A stretch of DNA of 64,000 nucleotides from Ostreococcus lucimarinus (taxonomy: Eukaryota), in the NCBI GenBank assembly GCA_000092065.1, contig CP000586.1; one strand, given 5' to 3'. Position 1 is the first letter of the stretch; every line of letters starts with the position of its first letter. The position numbers and the translations under genes were made by a program. Below, in pieces: positions 40,576-50,053 of this stretch. The notes below the pieces were generated by a model. The model was not told where the DNA came from. It worked only from the letters and a program-made list of their open reading frames with translations, and did no database searches.

Positions 40576-40899
40576 ATGGACGCGCGACGCGGCGCGGCGC
40601 GCGCGGCGAGCGCGGCGACGACGACGACGTCGCCGAACGCGCGCGCGGCGGTCGTCGCCGCGCTCGCGCTCGCGCTGAGCGCGCGGTTGTTGATGGACAA
40701 GCGCGCGCACGACGACGCGGTCGACGCGCTGCGAGACGAACTCGAGCGCGAACGGCGCGCGAGGGCGACGTACGAGGCGAGGGTGCGGTACTTGGAGCGA
40801 TGGAGACCGTTCGGGAGGACGACGCGGGCGGAGGAGAGCGCGGACGAGGGACGCGCGGCGAAGGCGAACGCGAAGGCGAAGGACGGGGTGATGGTGTGA
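40576..40899 (+). CDS. possible small TM plus coiled-coil protein (107 aa)
   Basis: ORF in the short interval between neighbouring genes. TM-like AAVVAALALALSARLLM followed by a coiled coil. Weak call. Confidence 0.2.
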   Translation: MDARRGAARAASAATTTTSPNARAAVVAALALALSARLLMDKRAHDDAVDALRDELERERRARATYEARVRYLERWRPFGRTTRAEESADEGRAAKANAKAKDGVMV

Positions 40900-40939
40900 G
40901 ACGCGCGCCGATGTAATGTGAACTAATGAGCTAATCGAT

Positions 40940-42442
40940 TTAATCGTCGTCGTTGTCGGCGACGAATTTGGCGACGACCGGGGCGAGCGCGAGCGCGGCG
41001 GCTAAGCGAAGCGGCACGAAGAGACGCACGACGTTGATGAAGACGGCGCCGGCGCCGAATAGCTTGGCCTTGTCGGTGGGATCGGAAAGATCGAGCCACG
41101 TGCCCTCTGCGACTTTGTACCACGTGAACGCCACGGGGGCGGCGACGGCCCAAAATGCGAGTTCGATGATGACGTAGGAAACGGTGCCGGCGACGCCGAA
41201 CGATTTTACGTCTTGCATCGTCAGTTTCGGCGCGTTCGCCCCAGAGTTGAGCGCGTAGTACGTCCACACGACGCTGGGTAGAGCTATCATGCCGAGCGCT
41301 TTACCATACGACGGTTCAGCGAAGAACGCTCCGAAAGGCGAGGCGAGTTCGCCGTACTTGACAGCGGTGCTCGCGAGCGACGTCCACAACGCCAACTTGA
41401 GCGCGAATCCTAATCCGTCTTCGATCGGCGCCGCACCCTCTAAAACGGGCGTCTCGCTATCGGCGCCGTCTTTTTCGTTTGTCGCTATCGTGTACGCCGC
41501 TACCGCGCACCCTGTGTTACCCATCAACGTCAACAGCGCCTGCAAAGGCACGAGCGCGTTGATGGACGCGGGATTGTAAAACGCATGAAACGTGCACGCC
41601 GTTATACCAGACGCCAGAAACGGAGACATGGCCACCGTGAGGTTCCGCCAACTCGCGTTTCCGGTCCTATCCGCGTGCCCGGCGACGTATTTCATCGCTA
41701 ACGCCCATTCGGTGACGCTCGAGACGTGCACCGCCCACGTCGGCAAACTCAGCGCGTTGCCCGGCTCGCTCGCCAGCAACTCACCATCCACGATCGACGG
41801 CGCGACCGCCCCGATCGCGAGCGTGCTCGCCGCGCACGTTAAAAACAAAACCCCCAGCACGACGTACGCCGGCGTCGTCGCGCGCTCCTCACCATCCTCG
41901 TCTTTCTCCCCGTCGTCCCCGCGCCCCGCCGCCGCGCCGAACCCGTACGCGAACAACGCGTTCGACACCGTCAACAGCGATTCCGAGCTCCCGTGCAGCG
42001 CGTCTACGTTGGCTAATATATCTCCATACCGCATCTTGGCCACGATTCCCGCCGGTATCGTCGCCGCGACGAACAACAACAAGAATCGCGCGCCGAAGTT
42101 TGACGCTCGCGGCGTCGCGCGCGCGTCCCGCAGAAACCACAGGTACGCCAGGTACGGCGCGAGTCCGACTTGAAACAGCTGCGTCTCGATCCCGGGCGGG
42201 ATGAATCGCAGCGCGGTGCCGCTCGCGCTCGTCACGGACCACGCGTCGACCGCGGCGAGGGCGTCGACGACCGATTGCGCGCGCGCGATGGTGGTCGGTC
42301 GCCGTGCGTCGCGGCGACGACGCGACGCGCTGGACGCGCGAGGCGGACGCGGACGCGGATGCGCGCGCGCGGACGAGTGATGGCGCGCGAAGTCGCGCCC
42401 GCGCGGGCGGACGCGCGCGGACGCGGACGCGATGGACGCCAT
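40940..42442 (-). CDS. multi-pass membrane protein with plastid-like presequence, possibly ycf49-like (DUF2499/DUF3593)
   Basis: ~10 hydrophobic helices. Conserved-looking LPTWAVHVSSVTEWALAMKYV. Confidence 0.55.
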   Translation of the reverse strand: MASIASASARVRPRGRDFARHHSSARAHPRPRPPRASSASRRRRDARRPTTIARAQSVVDALAAVDAWSVTSASGTALRFIPPGIETQLFQVGLAPYLAYLWFLRDARATPRASNFGARFLLLFVAATIPAGIVAKMRYGDILANVDALHGSSESLLTVSNALFAYGFGAAAGRGDDGEKDEDGEERATTPAYVVLGVLFLTCAASTLAIGAVAPSIVDGELLASEPGNALSLPTWAVHVSSVTEWALAMKYVAGHADRTGNASWRNLTVAMSPFLASGITACTFHAFYNPASINALVPLQALLTLMGNTGCAVAAYTIATNEKDGADSETPVLEGAAPIEDGLGFALKLALWTSLASTAVKYGELASPFGAFFAEPSYGKALGMIALPSVVWTYYALNSGANAPKLTMQDVKSFGVAGTVSYVIIELAFWAVAAPVAFTWYKVAEGTWLDLSDPTDKAKLFGAGAVFINVVRLFVPLRLAAALALAPVVAKFVADNDDD

Positions 42443-42565
42443 CGCGCCGCGGAGTGGCGAAGTGGATAGCGCGCGGGACGGGAGTAAAGTCGTCGCGCGA
42501 GCTCGCTCGTGTGCTCTTTACAAAGAATAATGCCGCGAAGCCGCTTTCATTCGATTATTGGATGA

Positions 42566-45118
42566 TCAGAGGAACTTTTTGACGACGCGCTTGGACTCGT
42601 CGACGACGGACTCGAGGTCATCCTTGAGGTTGGCGTCCGAGGTGCCGTAGCGTTGGAACGAGTAAACCAACACGCCGGCGCCGAGAAGCTCTAACAATCG
42701 CGGCGCCGCGATGGCGACGAGCGGCCAGCGGGCGACGTTGCCGAGCACGTACGTGCCCGCGAGGGCGGTGGCCGGGCCCGCGATGTCGACCACGGGGTTT
42801 TCGCTGTCACCGAACCATTCCGGGACCTCCTTGAGCGTGTCGGTCACTTCGGAAATGTCGACGTCTTGCACCGCAGACACCGTCTTGGAGGCGGTCTTAC
42901 CGATCGGGGCCAGTTGATCGATGACTTCGCCGACATCGCCTGGCAACTCGCGCGGCAAGTTGGCGGCGAGATCTTCGATGTCGTCCGCGATATCGTCTTC
43001 GCCGACGAGGAGGTAACGCTCCAAGAGCAAGACGGCGGTCAGGGTGCCGATGAATTCGAGCGGACCCGGCACGAGCGAGCCGAGAACGGGCAAGTGCGCG
43101 ACGGCGTCGGTAGCCACGACAGCACCGACGGTGGCAGCCTTTACGTTAAAGTTGTCGATACCATCAATCGTCTCGAAAACTCCATCCGCCGCACCTTCAA
43201 GGTCGCCCTCGAGGAGCGAATCTCTGACGCCCGGCACGGCCAACGCGAGCGCGACGGCGGTGGCCAAGCTTACGGCGGCGACGTCACTGAACGTGGCGCC
43301 GACGAAGTCAAGGCTCTTGCTGCTGTTGTTGCGCGCAGTGGCGTCCGCGCGCGCCTTCGCAGTCTTGGCCTTGACTTCTTTAGCCTTCTTGTCCGCGAGA
43401 GCCTTCTTCTTCGCGGCGGCGGCAGCCTTGGCGTCAACCTTCTTCGCGGCGGGCTTGGAAGCGGCGGGCTTGGAAGCTGCGGGCTTCGGCGCGGCGGGCT
43501 TCGGCGCGGCGGCTTCAACCTTCGGCACGGCGGCTTCGACGGCCTTCTCTGCGGCGGCAACTTCTCTTTCCGCGGCTTGCTCGGCGCGAAGCGCTTCGCG
43601 TTCCGCGGCTTGCGCCTTGGCGGCGGCGGCGCGAGTGGCCTTGTCGTTGGTCATCGCCGCTTCCATCTTCGCCTTGGCGGCGGCTCGGGCGGCAACTTTT
43701 TCGGTAGCGGCGGCCTTAGCGGCGTTCGCTCTGGCAGCTTGCGCAGCCTTTCTGGCGGCCACTTGCTTATCGGCGCTCGACGTCGCTGCGCTGACGCGCT
43801 TTCTGCTCGATTCCGATTTCTCCGCGATGAGCTTCGCTCGCGCGTCGGCGGCAGCCTTGCGTTCGGCTTGCTTTTTAGCCGCAAGCTTGGAGGCCGCAGC
43901 AGCCTTCTCAGCTTGCTTGATGGCGCCCGGGGTCTTCTTCGGCGCTTGGATGACCGGAGCTTGAACAACCGGAGCTTCGACGACGGGTTCGACGACGACG
44001 GGCTTCTCCGCCTTTACCGGCGCCTTCTTCGCAAGACGCGCCTTCTTCGCGGCTTCAAGCTTGGCCGCGTTCGCAGCCTTAGCTTTGGCGGCAGCTTCTG
44101 CGCGTTCGGTGGCAGCCTTTTGCGCGGCGGCGGCAGCCTTCTCCGCTTCCGCGTCGCGCGCCGCCTTGATCTTGGCCAATTCCGCTTCGCGAGCCTCCTT
44201 GGCGGCTTCGCGCTTCGCCGCGGATGGCTTATCCGCGGACTTCGTCGGCATTTCCGCGACGGCAGGCGCTTCAGCCACCGGCGCGGTGGCCTTGGAAGCG
44301 ACACGCTTGACCGGACGCTTCGTCGTCGGCGCTGCCGTGGCTGCCGGCGCTGGCGCAGCCTTAGACGCCACGCGCTTCACCGGACGCTTCGTCGGCGGCG
44401 CCGCCACACCCTTCACGGTGCGCTTAGACACGACGCGCTTCACCGGACGCTTCGTCGTCGCCGCCGCCACACCCTTCACGGTGCGCTTAGACACGACGCG
44501 CTTCACCGGACGCTTCGTCGTCGCCGCCGCCTTGACCGCGGGCGCGGTCTTAGACGCCACGCGCTTCACCGCGCGCTTCGTCGTCGGCGTCGCCTTACCG
44601 GGCGCCGCCTTCGACGCGACGCGCTTCACCGGACGCTTCGTCGCCGGCACCGCCGTCGCCGTCGCCTTGGTCGCCGTTCGCGCGCGCACCTTCCTCACGC
44701 CCTTTCGCGCCCCCCCGCTCGTCGTTTTCGCCTTAAATTCCTTCTTCCCCGCCTTGACCTTCGGCGCGACGCGCGACGCCGTCGACTTCGCCGTCGTCGT
44801 CGTCGCTCGCCGCTTCGTCGTCCGTTCGTACGGCGTCCCTCTCCCGTTCACCGTCGACGCTCGCTTCGCCTCGTACGCCTCCGCGACGTCCGTCATCCCC
44901 ACGATCGCGCTCACCGCCACCGCCGTCGCCGCCATCGCCGTCGACCGTCGCTTCGCGTCGTCGTCGTCGTCGCTTCGCGCGTCGCCGTCGTCGCGTCGCG
45001 TCGTCGCGCGTCGCGCGATCGTCGCCTTCCCGCGTCGCGCATCGCGCGTCGCGCGTCGCGTCGTCGCGTCGCGTCGCCGCGCGGGCGCGCTCGGGATCGT
45101 CGCCGCCGCGAGGGACAT
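42566..45118 (-). CDS. Basic-repeat protein with a C-terminal CAAD/CURT1-like membrane domain
   Basis: Presequence-like N-terminus. Eight or more tandem ~20-aa repeats (TTKRPVKRVASK...). ~300 aa A/K/E-rich coiled region. C-terminus WPLVAIAAPRLLELLGAGVLVYSFQRYG resembles the CURT1/CAAD motif PLLPKVMELVGLGYTGWFVYRYLLF. Confidence 0.6.
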   Translation of the reverse strand: MSLAAATIPSAPARRRDATTRRATRDARRGKATIARRATTRRDDGDARSDDDDDAKRRSTAMAATAVAVSAIVGMTDVAEAYEAKRASTVNGRGTPYERTTKRRATTTTAKSTASRVAPKVKAGKKEFKAKTTSGGARKGVRKVRARTATKATATAVPATKRPVKRVASKAAPGKATPTTKRAVKRVASKTAPAVKAAATTKRPVKRVVSKRTVKGVAAATTKRPVKRVVSKRTVKGVAAPPTKRPVKRVASKAAPAPAATAAPTTKRPVKRVASKATAPVAEAPAVAEMPTKSADKPSAAKREAAKEAREAELAKIKAARDAEAEKAAAAAQKAATERAEAAAKAKAANAAKLEAAKKARLAKKAPVKAEKPVVVEPVVEAPVVQAPVIQAPKKTPGAIKQAEKAAAASKLAAKKQAERKAAADARAKLIAEKSESSRKRVSAATSSADKQVAARKAAQAARANAAKAAATEKVAARAAAKAKMEAAMTNDKATRAAAAKAQAAEREALRAEQAAEREVAAAEKAVEAAVPKVEAAAPKPAAPKPAASKPAASKPAAKKVDAKAAAAAKKKALADKKAKEVKAKTAKARADATARNNSSKSLDFVGATFSDVAAVSLATAVALALAVPGVRDSLLEGDLEGAADGVFETIDGIDNFNVKAATVGAVVATDAVAHLPVLGSLVPGPLEFIGTLTAVLLLERYLLVGEDDIADDIEDLAANLPRELPGDVGEVIDQLAPIGKTASKTVSAVQDVDISEVTDTLKEVPEWFGDSENPVVDIAGPATALAGTYVLGNVARWPLVAIAAPRLLELLGAGVLVYSFQRYGTSDANLKDDLESVVDESKRVVKKFL

Positions 45119-45209
45119 GTCGTTCGCGAGCCGTGCGCGCGCGCGTGTGCGCGCGCGATCGCCGCGGCGTCGCGAATCGAATCGGATAATCGTCCAAATC
45201 TCTAGTTTT

Positions 45210-45374
45210 CACTGTTTACGCATACGTAACGTATTCTGCGTACGTTTACGCTATGAATGACGCTTGACGTGGTCGTATGTACTGTTTACGCATACGTAAC
45301 GTATTCTGCGTACGTTAACGCTATGCATGACGCTTGACGTGGTCGTATTCTGCGTTCGCACTGTTTGCGCGTCC
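45210..45374 (+). repeat. Tandem 70-bp repeat, 2.3 copies, in the promoter of the PRP3 gene
   Basis: Units at 45211-45280 and 45281-45350 are ~94 % identical; partial third copy cgcactgtttgcgcg. Each unit carries CACTGTTTACGCATACG plus ACGT cores (TACGTAACG, TGACGCTTGACGTGG). Confidence 0.85.
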
Positions 45375-45724
45375 AACGCGTCGGTCGCCGCGCGCGGCGT
45401 CGACGACCGCGCGCGCACACCGCGACGGACCGCGACGACGGCATGCGCGCGTCGCGGTCGCGGTCGCGGTCGCGGTCGACCGATCGGTCGACGGCGCGCG
45501 CGAGCGCGCGCGACGGCGACGGCGCGCGAGGGACGGCGGCGTCGGACCGGGCGCGCGTGGACGGGATGACGGTGCGCGCGCTGCGGGACGCGCTGCGCGC
45601 GCGAGGGATGGCCACGGACGGGGTCAAGGCGACGCTGGCGGCGCGGTTGCTCGAGAGCGCGGGCGGTTCGGAGGGAGGGACGAAGCGGGCGCGGGAGGGG
45701 GGGGCGGCGCGCGACGGCGACGGC

Positions 45725-45777
<53 letters not shown>

Positions 45778-46270
45778 GGGGACGACGGCGACGCGAGCGA
45801 CGAAACGAAGGCGGTGGGAGGATGGCGACGGTGCGGAGGGGGCGGGGGAGGCGAAACCGGAGGCGGTGGTGGCGAAACCCAAGGCGGCGGGCGGTTTGGA
45901 CAAGGCGGCGCTGTTGAAGCAAAAGCAGGCGTTGTTGAAGCAGAAAGAACTCGCGGCGAAGCTCAAGGCGAAGAAGGTGGCGGACGAGAAAGCGAAGGCG
46001 GCTGCGGGGTCGCGTCCGAGCGCGCGTCCGATGGCGCTGCGACTCGACGCGCAAGGTCGAGAGATTGACGAACGCGGCGAATTGGTGGTGAACAAGGTTA
46101 TCGAGACGTCGACGCTGAGCGTGAATTTGAAGCAGCAACGCGCGAACGCTTTCGCGCAGGCGCAGGCGGAAGCGCAAGCGGAGATCGCGAGTCAGGCCGG
46201 GGCGGATTTTGACGATCCCAGAATGCGGGCTTTCGCGGGAAAGACTCGGAAAAAGCGTTCGGCTTTACAG
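45365..46270 (+). CDS. PRP3: PRP3-like U4/U6 snRNP protein, exon 1 (SAP-motif N-terminus)
   Basis: SAP motif MTVRALRDALRARGMATDGVKATLAARLLE followed by K/A-rich region. Exon ends at CAG|GTGCGT. Start is ATG 45365, or ATG ~45566 at MTVRAL. Confidence 0.65.
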
Positions 46271-46679
46271 GTGCGTTTGAATCGACGCGATTTCCAACCG
46301 CCTCGTGATTTTTTCTTCGTCATTGCATCTTTCAAAGCTCCGTGGTAATCTCACGACATGCCCCTTGGAGACTACAAGATTGCAAAATTGAAAGGCTGGC
46401 GCTCTAATACTCCTCTGAGGTTTCCACTCAGGAGGGTTACGCTGCGTCGGTACATTTTCCACGAAAGCAAGTTACACTCTGTCGCGAGACCTTCTCATGT
46501 CACGTTGCAATTTTTATGCTTGCGATAGTAAATAGCGGATTGGACAGCTGGCGGGGCGCTCTTATCATAGTGGGCGTCATCTCCTTACCATCCGAACCAC
46601 ATTTTTTTGGTTTCGACGAGAAACGTTTTTCTCGGCTTTTCGCCGACTGACCTCGTTTTGCGCGCGTTTTCGTTTGCAG
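46271..46679 (+). other. Spliceosomal intron 1 of PRP3 (GT...AG, 409 nt), markedly lower GC
   Basis: Donor CAG|GTGCGT. Polypyrimidine tract plus TTTGCAG| acceptor. The reading frame of exon 2 (phase 0) matches. Confidence 0.7.
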
Positions 46680-47484
46680 TTCGTCGAGGACGGTAAGTTT
46701 CAGAAAGAAGCCGACATGCACAGGCTTCGCATGCAATTCGGCGACGAAAAGGCGGAAAGGATGAAGGAGCGATCTGAGCGCGAGCGCAAACACGCCGAAC
46801 GCATGGAAAAGTTGGAAAAGGAGGCGACGATGGATCCCAACTTGGTTCCGGTAGGCGAGCGCCCTTCGGCGGCGAAGGGTGCGAGCGCGGCGAGGCCGTT
46901 AGCGCCTTTGGATGAAATACCCGACGTCGAATGGTGGGACCGGGATATTTTGCGTAACGGGACGTACGACGACGTCACGGGTGGAAAATGGAACGTGAAT
47001 ATGGACAAGTTTAACGTGTACGTCGAGCACCCCGTGCCGATCAAACCGCCTCTGAACGCGCCTGCGCCGGCGCCGCAACCTCTGATGCTCACTAAAGCGG
47101 AGCAGAAGAAACTGCGCACGCAGCGTCGCGTCGCACGAGAAAAGGAAAAGCAAGAGATGATCAGGCAAGGGTTGATTGAGCCCCCGAAACCAAAGGTGAA
47201 AATCTCCAATTTGATGCGCGTGTTGAAGGACGAAGCCGTGCTCGATCCCACAGCTATGGAGAAGGAAGTGCGAGAGCAGATGGCTGAGCGCGAGCAAGCT
47301 CACCAAGATAGAAATTTAGCGCGCATGCTCACGCCGGCGGAACGACGTGAGAAGAAGATGCGCAAGTTGCTAGGGAACGATGCGGCGGGCGAGGTACACA
47401 TGCACGTGTACCGCGTCGAAGACATGTCCAACACAAAGAATAAGTTCAAGGTTGACGTGAACGCGCAAGAGAATCACTTGACGG
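46680..47484 (+). CDS. PRP3: PRP3 exon 2
   Basis: Translation FVEDGKFQKEADMHRLRMQFGDEKAERMKE...TPAERREKKMRKLLG...HLTG collinear with PRP3/DUF1115. Exon ends at ACGG|GTACGT. Confidence 0.7.
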
Positions 47485-47692
47485 GTACGTTTCACGTTCG
47501 TAACTTCACTCGACATCGATATTTCGTCTTTGATGAATTCGCGAAACCATTACTAGTACTGAAAGCCTCAGAGCCTCCGGGCTTTGATCGAGACAAACGC
47601 TATCCCTGAGACGCTCTGTTGTGAGAACGCTGACGACGTCGCGGGGCCGCGCGCGACTGATGACTGACCAGAAGAAATTCGATCACACGCAG
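47485..47692 (+). other. Spliceosomal intron 2 of PRP3 (GTACGT...CAG, ~208 nt)
   Basis: Canonical donor and acceptor. Splicing restores homology to the human PRPF3 C-terminus (...VVVEGG..RLMLHRIKWDE...NKCVLVWEG...). Confidence 0.65.
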
Positions 47693-48021
47693 GCGTCGGT
47701 TTAATCGCTGAAGCATTCACGATTGTGATCGTCGAGGGAACGGCGAAAGCCGTTCGCCGTTACGACAAACTCATGATGCGCCGAATCGATTGGAACGCCA
47801 AGCTGAACGATGATAACGACGAAATGGACGCCGACGACGCGAAGAAGAACAAGTGCACTCGCGTGTGGAGAGGGACCTCGACATCACACGCTCTGAGACG
47901 CTTCTGTTTCGAGACGTTTCGATCGGATGCGGCGGCTCGACGATACTTAGCAGAGTTCAAGCTCGAACATCTTTACGACGCCGCGTTTGCGGCGATCGCG
48001 TGCGCCGAAGATTCGGAATAA
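47693..48021 (+). CDS. PRP3: PRP3 exon 3 (C-terminal DUF1115-like end)
   Basis: IVIVEGTAKAVRRYDKLMMRRIDWNAK...NKCTRVWRGTS...EHLYDAAFA matches the PRP3 C-terminus. Stop at 48019-48021. Confidence 0.65.
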
Positions 48022-48085
48022 TGTAATACCATGAAATGAGAGATGGGACGAGAAATCTACTGACATTGTTGATCTTTTACACGCA

Positions 48086-49693
48086 CTAATGCAATTCGAG
48101 CAATTTCATGAGCTTTGCGGCGATATCGAGCGAAATCATCACACCTCCATCCACGCGCTGGAAATCCACCATTAGCCTATCGTTTGGCATCTTGTACACT
48201 TGGAGTTCAAACTTCAACACCGTAGGCTCACGCTGTCGACCTGGGCGCATGGTTGAGCGACCGTCTTCGCTCATTGGTGGTGTCGTGACGCCGAGGTCTT
48301 CGTCCATCGCGTCTTGATCGCCCGCCGCGACGTCACCGTCCGCCATGTCGTTGTCCATAGCGTCGCCGTGGCAGTGGAGAACGCACATGCACTTCATGTT
48401 ATACGGTCCGTTCTTCTTCCAAGACACGTCCATCACGCGTAATACGCGAATCAACTCGTTGAAAACGTCTAGTGCGCCCATCTTTGAAGCCGTTCCAAGC
48501 ATCCAACGCTGCTCGGCGACGAGACGCTGTTGCATCATGTGCGCGTGCACTTGACTCGGTCGTCGCACGCCTAGTGCAGACGCGACGCCGTGTCGCATGT
48601 TGTTGTGTTCCGCCATGATCTCTGCATCGTCGTATTCGGCGCCTAAGTACCCACCGTATATGTTTCGCCTATTGTCCAGTAGCAAGTAATACGTCACCGT
48701 CGCCTTGTTACGGATTTGATGCCTTAGAGCGTCAATCAACGGTTCGCGCTCAAAGCCTAAGTTGATCACCATATCCAAAGTCTCCCCATCGAGATTGGAT
48801 GTTTGCGATATCTGCGTTTGCGGCGGTACCACGAGATAGCGCGGTAGATGCACGACGAACCACTGATGGTGACGAATCTCCGCCATGGTGATTCGCTTGA
48901 GCGGGTCTACGAAGAGCATGCGCGATATTAAGTCTCGCGCCCCCGGGCTCAGATGGCTTGGTAAGCTATATACCCCACCCTTGATCTTTTTAAACAAGTT
49001 TGGGATGCTTTCATCGTCGAAAGGCAACGATCCACACAGAAGCGCGTACAAAATCACCCCGCAACTCCACACGTCCACCTCGGGGCCGCTGTACAGCTTG
49101 CCGCTAATCACCTCTGGCGCGGCGTAGTTGGGACTCCCGCACGACGTCTTCAAAAAGTGACCGTCCCGCATGACGTTCGACAACCCGAAATCCGCAATCT
49201 TGACGTTATTCCGCGAATCCAGCAACAAGTTTTCCGGCTTCAAGTCGCGATGCACGACCATATTCCGATGGCAATACTCCACCCCCGATATGATTTGTTG
49301 AAAGAAATGCCTCGCCTCGTTTTCCCCCAATCGTCCCTTCTCCACGATGTAATCGAACAACTCGCCCGACTTCACGTACTCCATCACCAAAAAGATGTCG
49401 TGCGGCGTCTCCAATATCTCGTACAACCGAATGATGTGCGGATGCATGAACAGCCGCAAAATCTTAATCTCCCGTCGCACCTTTTCCTCCATGTCGATCG
49501 CCTTGATCTTCTTCCGATTCAAAATCTTGATCGCCACCTTGTGTCCCGTCAGCACGTGTTCCGCCACTTTCACCTTCCCGAACGACCCGATCCCGAGCGT
49601 CTTCCCGATGCGATAGTTCGGCAGGTAAATCTCCGCTTGCCCTCGCGACGCCCCCCCGCTCGCGTGCGTCCCGCTGTCCTCCCCGCCCTCCAT
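48086..49693 (-). CDS. SNRK1: SnRK1/AMPK-alpha-type protein kinase (plant SnRK1-like)
   Basis: Kinase subdomains GSFGKVK, HRDLKPENLLL, DFGLS and the T-loop. Plant-type HLPRYLVVPP and UBA/KA1-like C-terminus. Confidence 0.9.
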   Translation of the reverse strand: MEGGEDSGTHASGGASRGQAEIYLPNYRIGKTLGIGSFGKVKVAEHVLTGHKVAIKILNRKKIKAIDMEEKVRREIKILRLFMHPHIIRLYEILETPHDIFLVMEYVKSGELFDYIVEKGRLGENEARHFFQQIISGVEYCHRNMVVHRDLKPENLLLDSRNNVKIADFGLSNVMRDGHFLKTSCGSPNYAAPEVISGKLYSGPEVDVWSCGVILYALLCGSLPFDDESIPNLFKKIKGGVYSLPSHLSPGARDLISRMLFVDPLKRITMAEIRHHQWFVVHLPRYLVVPPQTQISQTSNLDGETLDMVINLGFEREPLIDALRHQIRNKATVTYYLLLDNRRNIYGGYLGAEYDDAEIMAEHNNMRHGVASALGVRRPSQVHAHMMQQRLVAEQRWMLGTASKMGALDVFNELIRVLRVMDVSWKKNGPYNMKCMCVLHCHGDAMDNDMADGDVAAGDQDAMDEDLGVTTPPMSEDGRSTMRPGRQREPTVLKFELQVYKMPNDRLMVDFQRVDGGVMISLDIAAKLMKLLELH

Positions 49694-50053
49694 CGCGCCT
49701 CCGTCGCGCGTCCGTCCGAGCGCGCGCTCGCGTCGCGCTCGCGTCGCGCGCGACCGTCGCTCGCGTCACGCGTCGTCGCGCGGTCGCGCGCGTTCGCGTT
49801 CGCGCGTCGCGCGCGCCGATCGACGCGCCTCGCGCGAGAATAAAATTACGACGCGTCTCGAGACGCGCGCGCGTCCGGGTCGCGCGCGCGCCGCGCGGGC
49901 GCTCGAGTCGACGCGCTCTCTCTCGCGCGCGCCGTTCGCGGTCGCGCGCGCGCGCGCGGTCGCGTGTGCGGCCGACGCGCGCGAGGGCACGGGCCAACGA
50001 ACGGCGTTGCGTCGAGGACGGCTCGTGACTGTTTACCCATACAAAAAGAGTGA

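Noticed and set aside
45210-45374. Possible CRISPR-like or transposon terminal repeat
   Set aside because: Only 2.3 direct copies with no spacers, no TIRs, no target-site duplication and no transposase nearby. The promoter tandem-repeat interpretation fits better.
46265-46462. 65-aa minus-strand ORF inside PRP3 intron 1
   Set aside because: Short, no start context, and it lies within a spliceosomal intron. More likely chance, or part of an intronic ncRNA.
46271-47692. Both PRP3 introns as copies of a Micromonas-type introner element
   Set aside because: The two introns share no appreciable sequence with each other. Genome-wide comparison was not possible, so this is rejected only at the within-window level.
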